IMG/VR virus record: IMGVR_UViG_3300019360_000007
Location: 1 to 64,000 of that record
Origin: a virus
Length of the DNA: 64,000 nucleotides
Reading direction: 5' to 3' (one strand)
Shown: one piece after another, positions 20,137 to 30,076 of the stretch
How positions within the stretch are numbered: position 1 is the first letter of the stretch
Layout: each line of letters begins with the position of its first letter
The notes under the pieces: model-generated
The model's input: only the letters and a program-made list of their open reading frames with translations
The model's database searches: none
What the model was told of the DNA's origin: nothing
Translations under genes and position numbers: made by a program

Positions 20137-20721
20137 TCAAAATACCAAGCTGATGCTCGTCCCCGTCGCGGGGACGGGCGACGGCGACCCGGTCACTCCC
20201 CCGAACCCGAAACCCGTCTGGACCATGTCGGCGATGCCGATCCCGAGACCCTGAGCGACCCTGGGAGCCATCTGCCCATTGACGCCGGATGCCTGGAGAT
20301 TCGCGAGGAGGATCCCGATGAGCGTCGCCGAGTTGGACAGGCTGATCTTCGACACGTCTCCGCCCACGCCCACGCCCGCCGAGATGCCGCTGTACTGCGC
20401 GGCGGAGTTGAGGACCGTGGCCAGCCCGGACCCTACCGCCGTGCCGAGCCCGGCCGCGGACTGTCCGTTGATTCCCGCCTGCTGGAGGCCGGCGATCACG
20501 AGCGCAGTCCCCCCCGCGAAGAACAGCTTGCCGTTCACGGAGCCGGCCCCGGCCACGCCGACCGTCGATCCCTTCACGAGCACGTTGGTGGGGAGAGGGA
20601 TCCAGCTCGGGACGGACTTGCCCACCGCGGACGCGATGCGCGGGAGGTCCTGAGACCCCGGGAACACGGCCTGTCCGGCAGTGATGATGGCCGACGTGAT
20701 GGCCGCGCTCACGAGGGCCAT
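20137..20721 (-). CDS. Gly/Ala-rich protein, 194 aa, directly after the spike gene (spike-tip position)
   Basis: Start reassigned to ATG 20721 (MALVSAAITSAII), overlapping the spike stop; the upstream part of the listed 301-aa ORF is an off-frame shadow of the spike gene. Confidence 0.6.
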   Translation of the reverse strand: MALVSAAITSAIITAGQAVFPGSQDLPRIASAVGKSVPSWIPLPTNVLVKGSTVGVAGAGSVNGKLFFAGGTALVIAGLQQAGINGQSAAGLGTAVGSGLATVLNSAAQYSGISAGVGVGGDVSKISLSNSATLIGILLANLQASGVNGQMAPRVAQGLGIGIADMVQTGFGFGGVTGSPSPVPATGTSISLVF

Positions 20722-23147
20722 CAGATCGGCACCCCCAGCCGGTGACCCTGGCTGCCCATGCCGAAGAAGGACAGGGGAAGGTTGGTGAGGGGATCCCGGT
20801 CGGCGCTGCTCACGATGGCTCCGACGTTGCCGTTGCCTCCGAGCGTCGTCACGGTGCCCGACAGCTTGGTGAACCCGTTCGACTTGAGGGTGAGGGACGC
20901 CAGCGCCTGGACCGTCGTGGCGAGGGTCGTCTGGACCAGTAGCGTGCCTGTGGGGACGGTCACCCGGACCCCGGAGCTGGTGTCGACGGTGATCTGGTTG
21001 ACCCCCGCTCGCGCGGTGAACGTCCCCACGCCGGTGCGCCACGTGATGTTGCCGACGAGGACCGTCGTGGTGTGGTCGCCGAGGTCGATCCTCTCGACAC
21101 GGTCCCCGAAGAGCATCGTGTACTCGTCGGTCTTGCCTCCCGCATGGCCCGTCAGAGGCGTCCCGATGAACTTGGTCTCGCGCAGCGGAGCGTTGCTCGG
21201 GAGGAAGCTCTTGGGACCTGAGTAGAGGTTGGTCTCGCGGCCGAGGACAGACTTGTCCACAGTGTTCGACTGGAGGAGGAGCTTGTCCGTGAGTACATTA
21301 GTGCTCTGCTTCGATGTGATGAGCACCTCGTTCGTGTCCGTGATCTGGACCGCGTTGGCGCCTGAGATCTTGGCGATGCGGGCGGCCGTCACGTGGACGT
21401 TTCCGTTCGGGCTCTCGACCGCGACGGCGGGGAGCGTGCTCTCCTGGAGAGCGTCGGTCCCCGTCCTCGCGGAGAAGCTGCCCCGCGTGGTCGGGGCGTT
21501 CCCGCGGATCAGGACTGCCCCCGTCTCCGTGCCCACCGTCAGCGCGAAGTTGTCCGTGGGATCTCCGTTGCGGAGGTTGAAGACCAGGTTGGGCGCGTTG
21601 ATGACGACGGGACCGTTCGCGTCGAGCCTCATGCCGCCGTTAAGGGCCATCTCCAGGGAGTCTCGGTCCTGGGGTCCGCTGAGGAACGCCTTGAAGCGTC
21701 CATCCTTCGTGGCGCTGACGAATGCCGGGGGAACGCGCGACGGATCGTCGACGGGAGGGGTGATCTGGAACAGCGAGGCGGCGTGGTCTCCGATGGGAGA
21801 CCCGATGCCCGATTCCAGGCGAGGATCGATGCGCGTGCCGTCGAAGATCCTCGGGGCGAGCGGAAGACCGTAGAGCAGCCGACCACGTGTCGTGTACGGA
21901 TCGTTGCCCACAACGGATCCGAGGACCCAGAGGAGAAATGGGCCTCCAGCGGCCACGGACGTGTCCTGGACAGCGTCGGCGGGCAGACGGTCGGCATCGA
22001 GTCCGTCCATCTGCTCCGTGACCGGCAATCTCCCATCCCACGTGTGGTCCATCTCGATCCTGTACTCGGTCAGCGTCTCCGACTCTCCCTGTTCCTCGGC
22101 GATGGCTGCATTGGCAGGGATGGACGTGTTCTCAGGATTCGGGTCGAGGGAGACGCGATACAGCGGCTTGCCGCCATACTCGGCATCTGACGTGACTCGA
22201 CTCGGGTCCAGGGCGTATCCGTCGGTACCGATGTAGAAACCGCGAGAGAGGAACGAGTACGGGTCGATGTTGTCCTGCAGGAAGACCCCGCTGTCCGGGA
22301 ACGGCAGGCTTGAGTCAGAGCGGAAGAAGACAGCGTGTGGGGTCAAGACGTTCTGTGCCGTCGAGCTCGCGCCCAGGGTGGCGGGAGGGAGAGGATTGCC
22401 GGACTCGTCCTGTTGGACACCCGCCGTCCAGTCGACCCCGTCGCTGAACATGCGCGCGGGGAGGAACGTGGCGTCTCGCTGGACCATGCCGGCGTAGATC
22501 CGGGCGCCTCCGATGGCGTGGAACTGTTGGAGAGACCTGAACAGGATCGCCTGATCCTGGTCTCGGAGCCGCACCTCGTTCGCCCTGCGGCTGGCGATGA
22601 GGACGCCCTCGTCGAGGACCACGTCCGAGCCCTGACTCGACGACAGCACGACATTGCCTGGCAGCATGGGGACGGTCTTGAAGCGTCGACGACCGTAGAT
22701 GCCCTCGAAGTGGGCCTGCTTCTTCGGATTCAGGTCGGTCTCGGATGGCAGGAAGCTCTGTACGGGAAGCCATTCGATGCCGGCCTCCACGCCGATGGGC
22801 AGCCATGCCAAGATGACCGGGAACTTGCTCTCCGCCGCAAGCCACCCGACGACGCAGACGTCACCTGGCTCCGGCAAGGCCCCCATGAAGTGGCGTGCTC
22901 CCGCGGCCGCGGCCGTCACCGGAATCGGGACCCACTCGAAGATGTCCGACTCGCCAGTCATAACTTGGAGAACGGCCTCCTGACGGGCATAGTCGACCCG
23001 CACCACCCGAGCGATCGAGAGGCCGTACGCGGCCGGCCCTGTGCTGAGGTCCTTCGACTTGACTCTATGCTCAGGAGAGACGTCGAAGGAGATCTGCGCG
23101 GACGGGACGGGACGGTCGACGTCCATCGTTGAAGGAGGTCTCGGCAT
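20721..23147 (-). CDS. Baseplate central spike, gpV/gp5-like, 808 aa
   Basis: N-terminal OB-fold pattern IARVVRVDY...GARHFMGALPEPGDVCVVGW; C-terminal T/V/G-rich beta-helix-like strands; follows hub gene. Confidence 0.75.
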   Translation of the reverse strand: MPRPPSTMDVDRPVPSAQISFDVSPEHRVKSKDLSTGPAAYGLSIARVVRVDYARQEAVLQVMTGESDIFEWVPIPVTAAAAGARHFMGALPEPGDVCVVGWLAAESKFPVILAWLPIGVEAGIEWLPVQSFLPSETDLNPKKQAHFEGIYGRRRFKTVPMLPGNVVLSSSQGSDVVLDEGVLIASRRANEVRLRDQDQAILFRSLQQFHAIGGARIYAGMVQRDATFLPARMFSDGVDWTAGVQQDESGNPLPPATLGASSTAQNVLTPHAVFFRSDSSLPFPDSGVFLQDNIDPYSFLSRGFYIGTDGYALDPSRVTSDAEYGGKPLYRVSLDPNPENTSIPANAAIAEEQGESETLTEYRIEMDHTWDGRLPVTEQMDGLDADRLPADAVQDTSVAAGGPFLLWVLGSVVGNDPYTTRGRLLYGLPLAPRIFDGTRIDPRLESGIGSPIGDHAASLFQITPPVDDPSRVPPAFVSATKDGRFKAFLSGPQDRDSLEMALNGGMRLDANGPVVINAPNLVFNLRNGDPTDNFALTVGTETGAVLIRGNAPTTRGSFSARTGTDALQESTLPAVAVESPNGNVHVTAARIAKISGANAVQITDTNEVLITSKQSTNVLTDKLLLQSNTVDKSVLGRETNLYSGPKSFLPSNAPLRETKFIGTPLTGHAGGKTDEYTMLFGDRVERIDLGDHTTTVLVGNITWRTGVGTFTARAGVNQITVDTSSGVRVTVPTGTLLVQTTLATTVQALASLTLKSNGFTKLSGTVTTLGGNGNVGAIVSSADRDPLTNLPLSFFGMGSQGHRLGVPI

Positions 23148-23150
23148 CGG

Positions 23151-26100
23151 TCAGCTTCCCTCCGGCGGAGTCGCCGCCGGACCGGCATTGTTGTTGTTGA
23201 ACGCCTTTGCGTCCGGCGACGCGCCGTCGAGCACCTCGCCGCGATATCGTCGCTGCTGCAGGGCATGCTGCGAGGTCCTCTTGATGATCTCCTCGCTGTG
23301 GAATGCCTCCGCCTTCTGCCCGCCCTGGTCGATGTCCTCGACGGCCACGAAATGCTCGCGCCCGTACGCGGCGAGGACCACATCGGCGAGTGACCCGCGA
23401 CAGACGCAGGAGTCTCCGGCCCTCGCCGCGAGGTGGGCCGTGAGGTCGGCCAGCTTGTAGGCGGCGTTGGAAATCGTTGTCTGGAAGACCGGGCTCTTGC
23501 CGTAGTTGGCGGCGAATCCGATGAAGTTGCGCACGAACTGCGTGTCCGAGATGTCGAAGGACTCCTGGTCGACGAGGTTGGGATCGTCTCCGTTCGCTGC
23601 GAGCATTTCCCTCAGAACATCCCGTCCAGTTGGAGTCGTCCCGAGAGCCGAGACAGTCAGGGCGAGGTTCTCTGCCGACTCCTCCAGATCGGCCCGTTCC
23701 CGATCATCGGCGACGGCTCGATCCACGACTCTGGACGCGTCTATCGTCGCTTCCCCTCCTTCCTGGCCGAGATTCTGGGACAACGGGGTCTCCCGCTCCC
23801 CCAGAAACTTGGCGAGGAAATCAGACACCGCATTCCTGACCCCCGACAGGAGGTTGGCTCCTGGGCTGGTGCGGCCCTCCGTCGCCAGGGTGAACTCGCG
23901 GAGGAACTCCTCGGCGGTCTGCGCCGTCACGTTCCGGAACGGATCCTGGCCGCTGTGAATATACGCAAAGGTTCCTCCGGGCTCCACAGACAGGCCGCGT
24001 CCGTAACGGAACGCGCCATAGTGCTGGTAGCCCTTCTCGTCCGAGACAGGGAACACAGGGCTGTGTAGAGGGAGATCCTTCTTGCCCTCCTTGACAGCCT
24101 TGTCCTCGGTGAAGAAGGACACCACCGCAGCGATGGCGTCGTCCAGACCAAAGGTCTTGGAGAGTATTTCGTTGAAGTCTCCGCGGATCTCTGACAGGCG
24201 CATGTCCTTGCCCGTGGCCGGATCCAGTGCCGCGGCCACCACCTCGTCGAACTTCTGCTCGATTACCCTGGCAATGCCGACGGCGAAGTTGGCGGCGAGC
24301 GCTTCCACGGCCCGCGTCCACGCACGTCCGTCGTCTTTCTGCGCCCCGAAAGGCTTGTAGCCAGGGAGCATGGCGACGTCGGAGATCCTGAGATCCGGGA
24401 TCTCGATAAGATCGGGAGCATCCCCCAGCTGCTGCGAGATCACCTGGACCGCGCTTGCCGGTACCTGATCGGGCGAGAGAGGGGCAATGATGTCCTCGAG
24501 AGGAGGGAGTTCCACGAGCGTCAAGCCCACGAGATCGCCGTTGTCGTAGATGGGCAGGTCCACAGTCCCCACGTCCAGCCCGATCTGCTCGTACACGGGC
24601 CCGAAGACCTCCTGGACCGTCTTCGACGGATCGTCGAGGTCCTGCGCGGCATCGAGGAACATCTGGGTGATCTGCTTGGATACTCCCTGTCCGTTGAACG
24701 TGATGGATCCCGCGGTCTGCGAGGTCCCTACCACCTCCGTGAACTTGCTCCCCTCGTGGCGCATGAACGATATCGTATGAATCTGGTCAGTCGTGAGGAC
24801 CCGCGGTGTACGCTGGGGCCCCTGGGCGATGTTGAGCCCTACACGGCACTTCCCCACGCCGATCTCCGCCTCCGGGTATCTTAGGTTCTGGTTCGGACGC
24901 GTCACCTCCGACTTGAACTGGACTACGAGACGATCCGTCGGCGTGAAGGCGGGTCGCGTGGTCACACTGGGCGGGTTCTCCAGCTCGGGGGCTTCCTGCG
25001 CAGGCTGCTCGGGAGAATTGGCGTTCGATGCGACCGTGGTAGGAGGAGGACTGTCGGAAAGCGTGATCCTCCCGGGAGAAGGGATCAGGGGGATGTCCTC
25101 CCTCTCGCCCTTCTTTCCGCGCTTCGTTCGGGCTCCGAATCTGGTCACCCAATTGTTGGCCTCCGCCGAGGGTTCCGCCCAGAAGCTCCTCGTATCAGGA
25201 AACGGTGCTTTCGGCTCGTCCACGGCTCCTGTGTCCGGGTCGAGCCCCAGGCGCTTGAAGAACTTCTTGCGCTCCTTGGGATTTTTCGGCGGGTTGAGCT
25301 GACCGTTCAGATACTGCTCTCGCTTGTCCTGGTTTCGCTGCTGGATCTCGGCCGCAGTAGCATCGTCTCGCCGATCCATGTGCATGAATGTGGAGGGAGG
25401 TCCCTTCCCCCCCTTAGGACGTATGGAATAGAATCCCATCCCGGAGATCAAGCCCTCGTTGAAGCCCCTCGCCACTTCCTCTCGAATGGCATTGACGGCC
25501 ACGTCGTATGGACCAGGGGAGATTCCGTTGTCCTTGGCCGTGGCGAACGTCTGGTTGGCGAACAGGACGTCGATGGCCACGCCCGCCGAGTGGTACGCCT
25601 CGGAATCCGAGGGCTCAAACTCGGGGCGGAATCCAGAGAACAGCTGTGGATTCGCGAAGATCAGGCCGTTAGAACTCGCCACTGCTTCCTGGTAGTCGCT
25701 TCGAGCCAATATCCTGTTCACGACTTCATTAACAGCGGCGGTGATGTCCAGGAGACGCTGCGCGTGCGTGGCATCCATGTTCCTCGACGCCGCTTCCCCC
25801 CTAGTCTTCGTCTGTCCCAGCAGTTTGTCGAACTCGGCCGGCATGTCTAGCCACCCATCGATCCCGGGCAGAGTAGGGACGAGTTCTCGCAGCTGGGTAA
25901 ACAGGTCTGCTCCGATGCCCACGATGTTGCCCGTCAGCACATTGGAGAGAGCGCTGGCCGCCCTCCGTACCGTCGACCTGGTCCTGGCCTTAGCCCGATC
26001 TCCGTCGTCGAACACGATGATGGGTGCGCCCTGCATATCCGGGTCGGGGTGCGAGCACGAGTAGTACCTGTACTGCCCGTTGACGGACCCGCACAGATAC

Positions 26101-28631
26101 TGGCCTTTGAGATGGCTGAGAGTCTCGAAGTAAGCGAGAGTGACTTCCCCGCCGTGGATACCGTCGACCTTTCTCTTGATGGGGTCGTTGCGATTGGGCT
26201 GGAGAGCCTCGAAGACGAGAGCGAGTTTCTGGATGCTGCCGTTCTCTCCCAGAATGCTGTTGAACTTCTGTCTCTCGCTCTCCAGCTCTCCCTCAAGCAC
26301 ACCGAGCTGGTCGCGGAGCGGATCTCGCTGGGATGCTCCCGCGGCGACCGCCCTCGTCTTCGACGTCTCCTGCAGTCCTAGTCTTCTCGCCAAATCGGCA
26401 GCGTTGGCGAATCCGCTGGCGATGGCCGCTTGCCGCTCGACCTTGTCGATCTCGGCCTCCGTCCCCCTGAGCGGCCCGAGAGCTTCACCCAGCTCCCGGA
26501 AACTCCGCTTCAGGTCCTCGATGTCGAACACGAAGGACTGCTGTGGATTCTGGCTGTAAGTGAGCCGAAACTTCGTGATGTCCCTGGGGTCCGTCGTGAC
26601 GGCTCCTTCCTCGTTGAGCGGCTCGAAGGCCCTGACATTGTCGAAGTCTCTCTTGAGGAGTCCCCAGAGGACGTCGGCGTCTCCCTCGACGGCATTGAAG
26701 TAATCGAGGCCGACTCCGACCACGGTGTAGTTGGGGTTGAGCTGTTGGGGATCAATAGCCATCACGACGTTGGGAAAGCCCACGATCCTGGGGACGAAGA
26801 TCGGCTTGTCCGTGTTGCCGGGCATCACGCTCTGGAACACCTCCAGGGGGCGTGGCGGCAGATCGGGCCGGTTCAGCTTGATCTGCCAGATGGCACTCTT
26901 GCCCTCGGCCGGTGCCTCCAGCACGCCGGGGGCGTGGAACTTGGCCCTGCGGCAGGTCAAAACCAGATTCGTCGTGCATTGGCCGCCGAACGCGAACTGA
27001 TGGCTGATCTGCGAGATGTAGTAGTAGCAGTCGATGAACGGGATGTAGACAGGGTAGCCTGGTCGAAGTTCGGGACGGATCGGAATCGTGGCGCTCGCGC
27101 TGTACGTGTCCACGTTCGCGAGATCGAGTCGCGAGACGGCCATCCAGAAGAGAACCTTGGGATCCGTCTGATACGTGACGTCGAGGGAGGCCGCAGGGCG
27201 CCAGCCGAATTGCGCGACCAGCTTGTAGTCGACATACATGCCCCTCTTGAGCAGCTCTGCTCCCTCCGCGAGGCCGGTAAATCCGCCAATCCACACGCCC
27301 TTGACGATGGCGTAGGTTGCCTCAGGTTCCTTCTCGACGACCGAGATGTTGATGATGTCCTCGTCCTGGAGTCGGTAGTACCTGTTCGTCGACGTGTCCA
27401 GGTTGTAGAACGGAGGCTTGAACACGAGGTCGCCGTCGACGTCCTGGTAGAACTCGTAACCGGTCACGTCACACACGGCAGTGGCGAGGTCCATCTTGGT
27501 CTGGTACGTCGATTGCCATTCGTTCACTGCTCCAACCTCGGAGATCGCCTGTGAGAAGGCGAACATGTCCAGGACAGACAAGTCGACCAGCTCTCCATCC
27601 TGCCGAATCACCGGCGAGTAAACGAGGTCAGAGCCGAGGTTGGCGAGACCCAGGGACTTGGCCACGGACCATCGCGCAGAGAACGGATCTTTCTCTCGAC
27701 GCTGGGCAGACGGATCGCTGAACGTGGAGCTGGTCAGGAGACCCTGGATGTCACTCACGTCATGCTTCGCCAACCAAGCCTGCTGCGTGGCGTTGAACAA
27801 TCGACCGTTGACCCCGAACATGCGCAGGTTCTGGATACGTGTCTTGAACCTCTGTTCCCAGTAGAGGACAGCCATGTCGTAGATCTGGCGTCCCGCGGGA
27901 CCCGTCGATTCCGCGACGCTTGTCAGGTTCGATTCCTGATCTAGGGCGAATTCCACGCCCGCCGCAGCCCCGGCCACGTCCCTGTAGAGGGTATAGATGA
28001 TGGCGAACGGGTGCATGGAGTTGAAGACGTTCCCGACCAGGGTCGTCCGCGCCGGGTCGTTCGTCGGTCTCTCGCCGAGCTGCGCGGCCGAGGTGGCTAC
28101 GTTCTGGAAACGCCAGAAGTGCAAGAGAGACGCACACTGCAGGGAACCGTGGTAGAATCCGTCCGAGTACTCGTAGGTAACCTGCGTCACTACTCCGTGG
28201 AAAACTGGGTAATACGGGTAGGAGGCATACTTGGAGAGGTCAAGACGGTCATTGGCCGTCGGGTTGGGGAATGAGATGTCGGGGCTGGCGAGGTGGGAAA
28301 ACATCCCGCGCACGGGAAAGTAACCACGCATGAAGATGTGGACTTCAAGACCTGGGCGCAGGATGTTGTAGCCGTCGACGAAGACCTGCTGACCCTGCAC
28401 GCGGGGCAGAGTCAGGTTAATGTTCGCCGAGTGCGACCCGGGCTGTGTGCCCGTCTCGACGTTGAGAGAGGTCACGAAATGCTGGATGTCGACGCGTCCT
28501 CGACATCGGGGACAACCGGGGATGGACGTGTCGCCGTTGATGAACACCAGGGCGTCGGGTGTGTACTTGACGACCGCGCGGTTGTTGAGGCGCCACGTGC
28601 CCGCGTAGGGTCTGTTCTCGATGCCGGCCAT
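23151..28631 (-). CDS. Baseplate hub (gp27/gpD-like), 1826 aa, with internal peptidase M15-like domain
   Basis: YPVFHGVVTQV, YEFYQDVDGDLVFKPPFY, ATIPIRPELRPG...YYISQISHQF...TTNLVLT are hub-like; internal SGFR...YHSAGVAID...MGFY...FMHMDRR. Confidence 0.75.
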   Translation of the reverse strand: MAGIENRPYAGTWRLNNRAVVKYTPDALVFINGDTSIPGCPRCRGRVDIQHFVTSLNVETGTQPGSHSANINLTLPRVQGQQVFVDGYNILRPGLEVHIFMRGYFPVRGMFSHLASPDISFPNPTANDRLDLSKYASYPYYPVFHGVVTQVTYEYSDGFYHGSLQCASLLHFWRFQNVATSAAQLGERPTNDPARTTLVGNVFNSMHPFAIIYTLYRDVAGAAAGVEFALDQESNLTSVAESTGPAGRQIYDMAVLYWEQRFKTRIQNLRMFGVNGRLFNATQQAWLAKHDVSDIQGLLTSSTFSDPSAQRREKDPFSARWSVAKSLGLANLGSDLVYSPVIRQDGELVDLSVLDMFAFSQAISEVGAVNEWQSTYQTKMDLATAVCDVTGYEFYQDVDGDLVFKPPFYNLDTSTNRYYRLQDEDIINISVVEKEPEATYAIVKGVWIGGFTGLAEGAELLKRGMYVDYKLVAQFGWRPAASLDVTYQTDPKVLFWMAVSRLDLANVDTYSASATIPIRPELRPGYPVYIPFIDCYYYISQISHQFAFGGQCTTNLVLTCRRAKFHAPGVLEAPAEGKSAIWQIKLNRPDLPPRPLEVFQSVMPGNTDKPIFVPRIVGFPNVVMAIDPQQLNPNYTVVGVGLDYFNAVEGDADVLWGLLKRDFDNVRAFEPLNEEGAVTTDPRDITKFRLTYSQNPQQSFVFDIEDLKRSFRELGEALGPLRGTEAEIDKVERQAAIASGFANAADLARRLGLQETSKTRAVAAGASQRDPLRDQLGVLEGELESERQKFNSILGENGSIQKLALVFEALQPNRNDPIKRKVDGIHGGEVTLAYFETLSHLKGQYLCGSVNGQYRYYSCSHPDPDMQGAPIIVFDDGDRAKARTRSTVRRAASALSNVLTGNIVGIGADLFTQLRELVPTLPGIDGWLDMPAEFDKLLGQTKTRGEAASRNMDATHAQRLLDITAAVNEVVNRILARSDYQEAVASSNGLIFANPQLFSGFRPEFEPSDSEAYHSAGVAIDVLFANQTFATAKDNGISPGPYDVAVNAIREEVARGFNEGLISGMGFYSIRPKGGKGPPSTFMHMDRRDDATAAEIQQRNQDKREQYLNGQLNPPKNPKERKKFFKRLGLDPDTGAVDEPKAPFPDTRSFWAEPSAEANNWVTRFGARTKRGKKGEREDIPLIPSPGRITLSDSPPPTTVASNANSPEQPAQEAPELENPPSVTTRPAFTPTDRLVVQFKSEVTRPNQNLRYPEAEIGVGKCRVGLNIAQGPQRTPRVLTTDQIHTISFMRHEGSKFTEVVGTSQTAGSITFNGQGVSKQITQMFLDAAQDLDDPSKTVQEVFGPVYEQIGLDVGTVDLPIYDNGDLVGLTLVELPPLEDIIAPLSPDQVPASAVQVISQQLGDAPDLIEIPDLRISDVAMLPGYKPFGAQKDDGRAWTRAVEALAANFAVGIARVIEQKFDEVVAAALDPATGKDMRLSEIRGDFNEILSKTFGLDDAIAAVVSFFTEDKAVKEGKKDLPLHSPVFPVSDEKGYQHYGAFRYGRGLSVEPGGTFAYIHSGQDPFRNVTAQTAEEFLREFTLATEGRTSPGANLLSGVRNAVSDFLAKFLGERETPLSQNLGQEGGEATIDASRVVDRAVADDRERADLEESAENLALTVSALGTTPTGRDVLREMLAANGDDPNLVDQESFDISDTQFVRNFIGFAANYGKSPVFQTTISNAAYKLADLTAHLAARAGDSCVCRGSLADVVLAAYGREHFVAVEDIDQGGQKAEAFHSEEIIKRTSQHALQQRRYRGEVLDGASPDAKAFNNNNAGPAATPPEGS

Positions 28632-28635
28632 CGTC

Positions 28636-30075
28636 CTAGAATGGGTTGAGAGTCGTCGGCGCGAAGGGATTGACGGCCTGCGACCCCGGAGACGGTACCG
28701 CGGTGGGACCGTTGAACGTCCGTGGATCGACGAGCGGGTCGAGGACGGCGGTGGAGGGAGCCGCGGAAGGGGCGAACGGGTCGACAGCGCTGGAGACGAA
28801 CGGATTGATGGTGCGCATCGCGTTCGCCTCCTGGTTCGGAACGAAGGGAACTTGGCCGCGCTGGACCGAGCTGGGGCTGGGCATAGGAGGGGAAACGTAC
28901 GGCCGGACGGCGCCGGACTGCGATCTGTCGAACATGAAGGACACCGTGAACTCGAAGCTGAAGTCCACGGCCCCGTGCTGCCTGCCCTCGTCGTAGCTGT
29001 ACTGGAAGTTCTCGAACTGCCCCAGGTAGACGAACTGGTCGTAGGTGATCTCGACGTGGCCGATGAACAGGTGGGCCTCGGAGCGAGGCCTACCCGCGGT
29101 GTCGTAGATGTACCCGTTGTTCCTGTAGAACGTGAACAGCCCCATCAGATTCTGCCAAGCGGCCGAACTCCACTTGGACGCGTACTGATACCCGCTGACT
29201 CCCACGGTCTCGAACGGGACGACCCCATGCGCCGTCGAGGCTTGACGAGCCGTCCCACGACTCCCGGCGACGAATCCGGCGGACCTACCGGACACGCTCA
29301 TCCTCACCTGCTCCTCGCCCCACGACTGGAAGACGTAATTGTACCTATTGCGGTCCTGGTAGACCTGCTTCTTCGCGTACGTGATGGTGAGGTTCTGGGG
29401 GTTGACGAGCAGGGTGAGCGCGGGCGTGACCGCGATGCGGTTGACCTGCACGATCACGTCCAGGGCTTGGATGAGGTCCGAGACCGCCGCCTGGTTCGCC
29501 TGTGACTGCTCGACCGCCAGTGGATCGAACTGGATCCCGTTGGCCGCGATCATCTTGTCGAGACGAGACAGAGTCGCCCCCCTGGTCGGTCCCGATGCGA
29601 AGAAATTGGACTGCCTGAACTGCCTGCGACGTTCCGTCACCTTGGAGAAGTTGTTCGACGCTCTGAGCGCCGTGTCGATGATCTCGATGTTCTGGTCTCC
29701 CGTGATGGGCGGACGAGTACCCAGGAGAGCTTGACGAGCCTCCTCGATCTCGGCCGGCGACGATGTCGGGTCGGCAAGCACGGTGTCCAGGTTGCGCTGA
29801 GCATCCTCGAAGGCGAGCCGGAGAGGCCCGTCGAAAGCGCCGCTCGTCTGCGCCTGTCCTCGTCCGAGCAACGCGTCGAGGAGGATGTCGGGCGGCACGA
29901 TCCTGAACGTGAATGGCGATCCGAGACGCGAGGACCGCAGACGCTGGAGAGTCCCGTCGACCGCGCTGGACTCGGCGGAGAGGGTGTTCGCGATCCAGTT
30001 GGGGCCCGTGTCCAGTCCAGCGTAGCTGCCGAGAGGTTGGAACTTCGTGAGAGATGTCTGGCTGGCGTCTGCCAC
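28636..30075 (-). CDS. Tube-initiator / tail-tube-like baseplate protein (gp48/gp54-type), ~479 aa
   Basis: Start reassigned to GTG 30075 (GAGGAG upstream); LLVNPQNLTITYAKK...WGEE...YLGQFENFQY...FSFEFTV; paralog of the neighbour. Confidence 0.6.
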   Translation of the reverse strand: MADASQTSLTKFQPLGSYAGLDTGPNWIANTLSAESSAVDGTLQRLRSSRLGSPFTFRIVPPDILLDALLGRGQAQTSGAFDGPLRLAFEDAQRNLDTVLADPTSSPAEIEEARQALLGTRPPITGDQNIEIIDTALRASNNFSKVTERRRQFRQSNFFASGPTRGATLSRLDKMIAANGIQFDPLAVEQSQANQAAVSDLIQALDVIVQVNRIAVTPALTLLVNPQNLTITYAKKQVYQDRNRYNYVFQSWGEEQVRMSVSGRSAGFVAGSRGTARQASTAHGVVPFETVGVSGYQYASKWSSAAWQNLMGLFTFYRNNGYIYDTAGRPRSEAHLFIGHVEITYDQFVYLGQFENFQYSYDEGRQHGAVDFSFEFTVSFMFDRSQSGAVRPYVSPPMPSPSSVQRGQVPFVPNQEANAMRTINPFVSSAVDPFAPSAAPSTAVLDPLVDPRTFNGPTAVPSPGSQAVNPFAPTTLNPF

Positions 30076-30076
30076 G

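Noticed and set aside
28636-28830. NPF repeats as eukaryotic EH-domain ligands implying a eukaryotic target
   Set aside because: No other eukaryote-directed features; context is a core baseplate protein.
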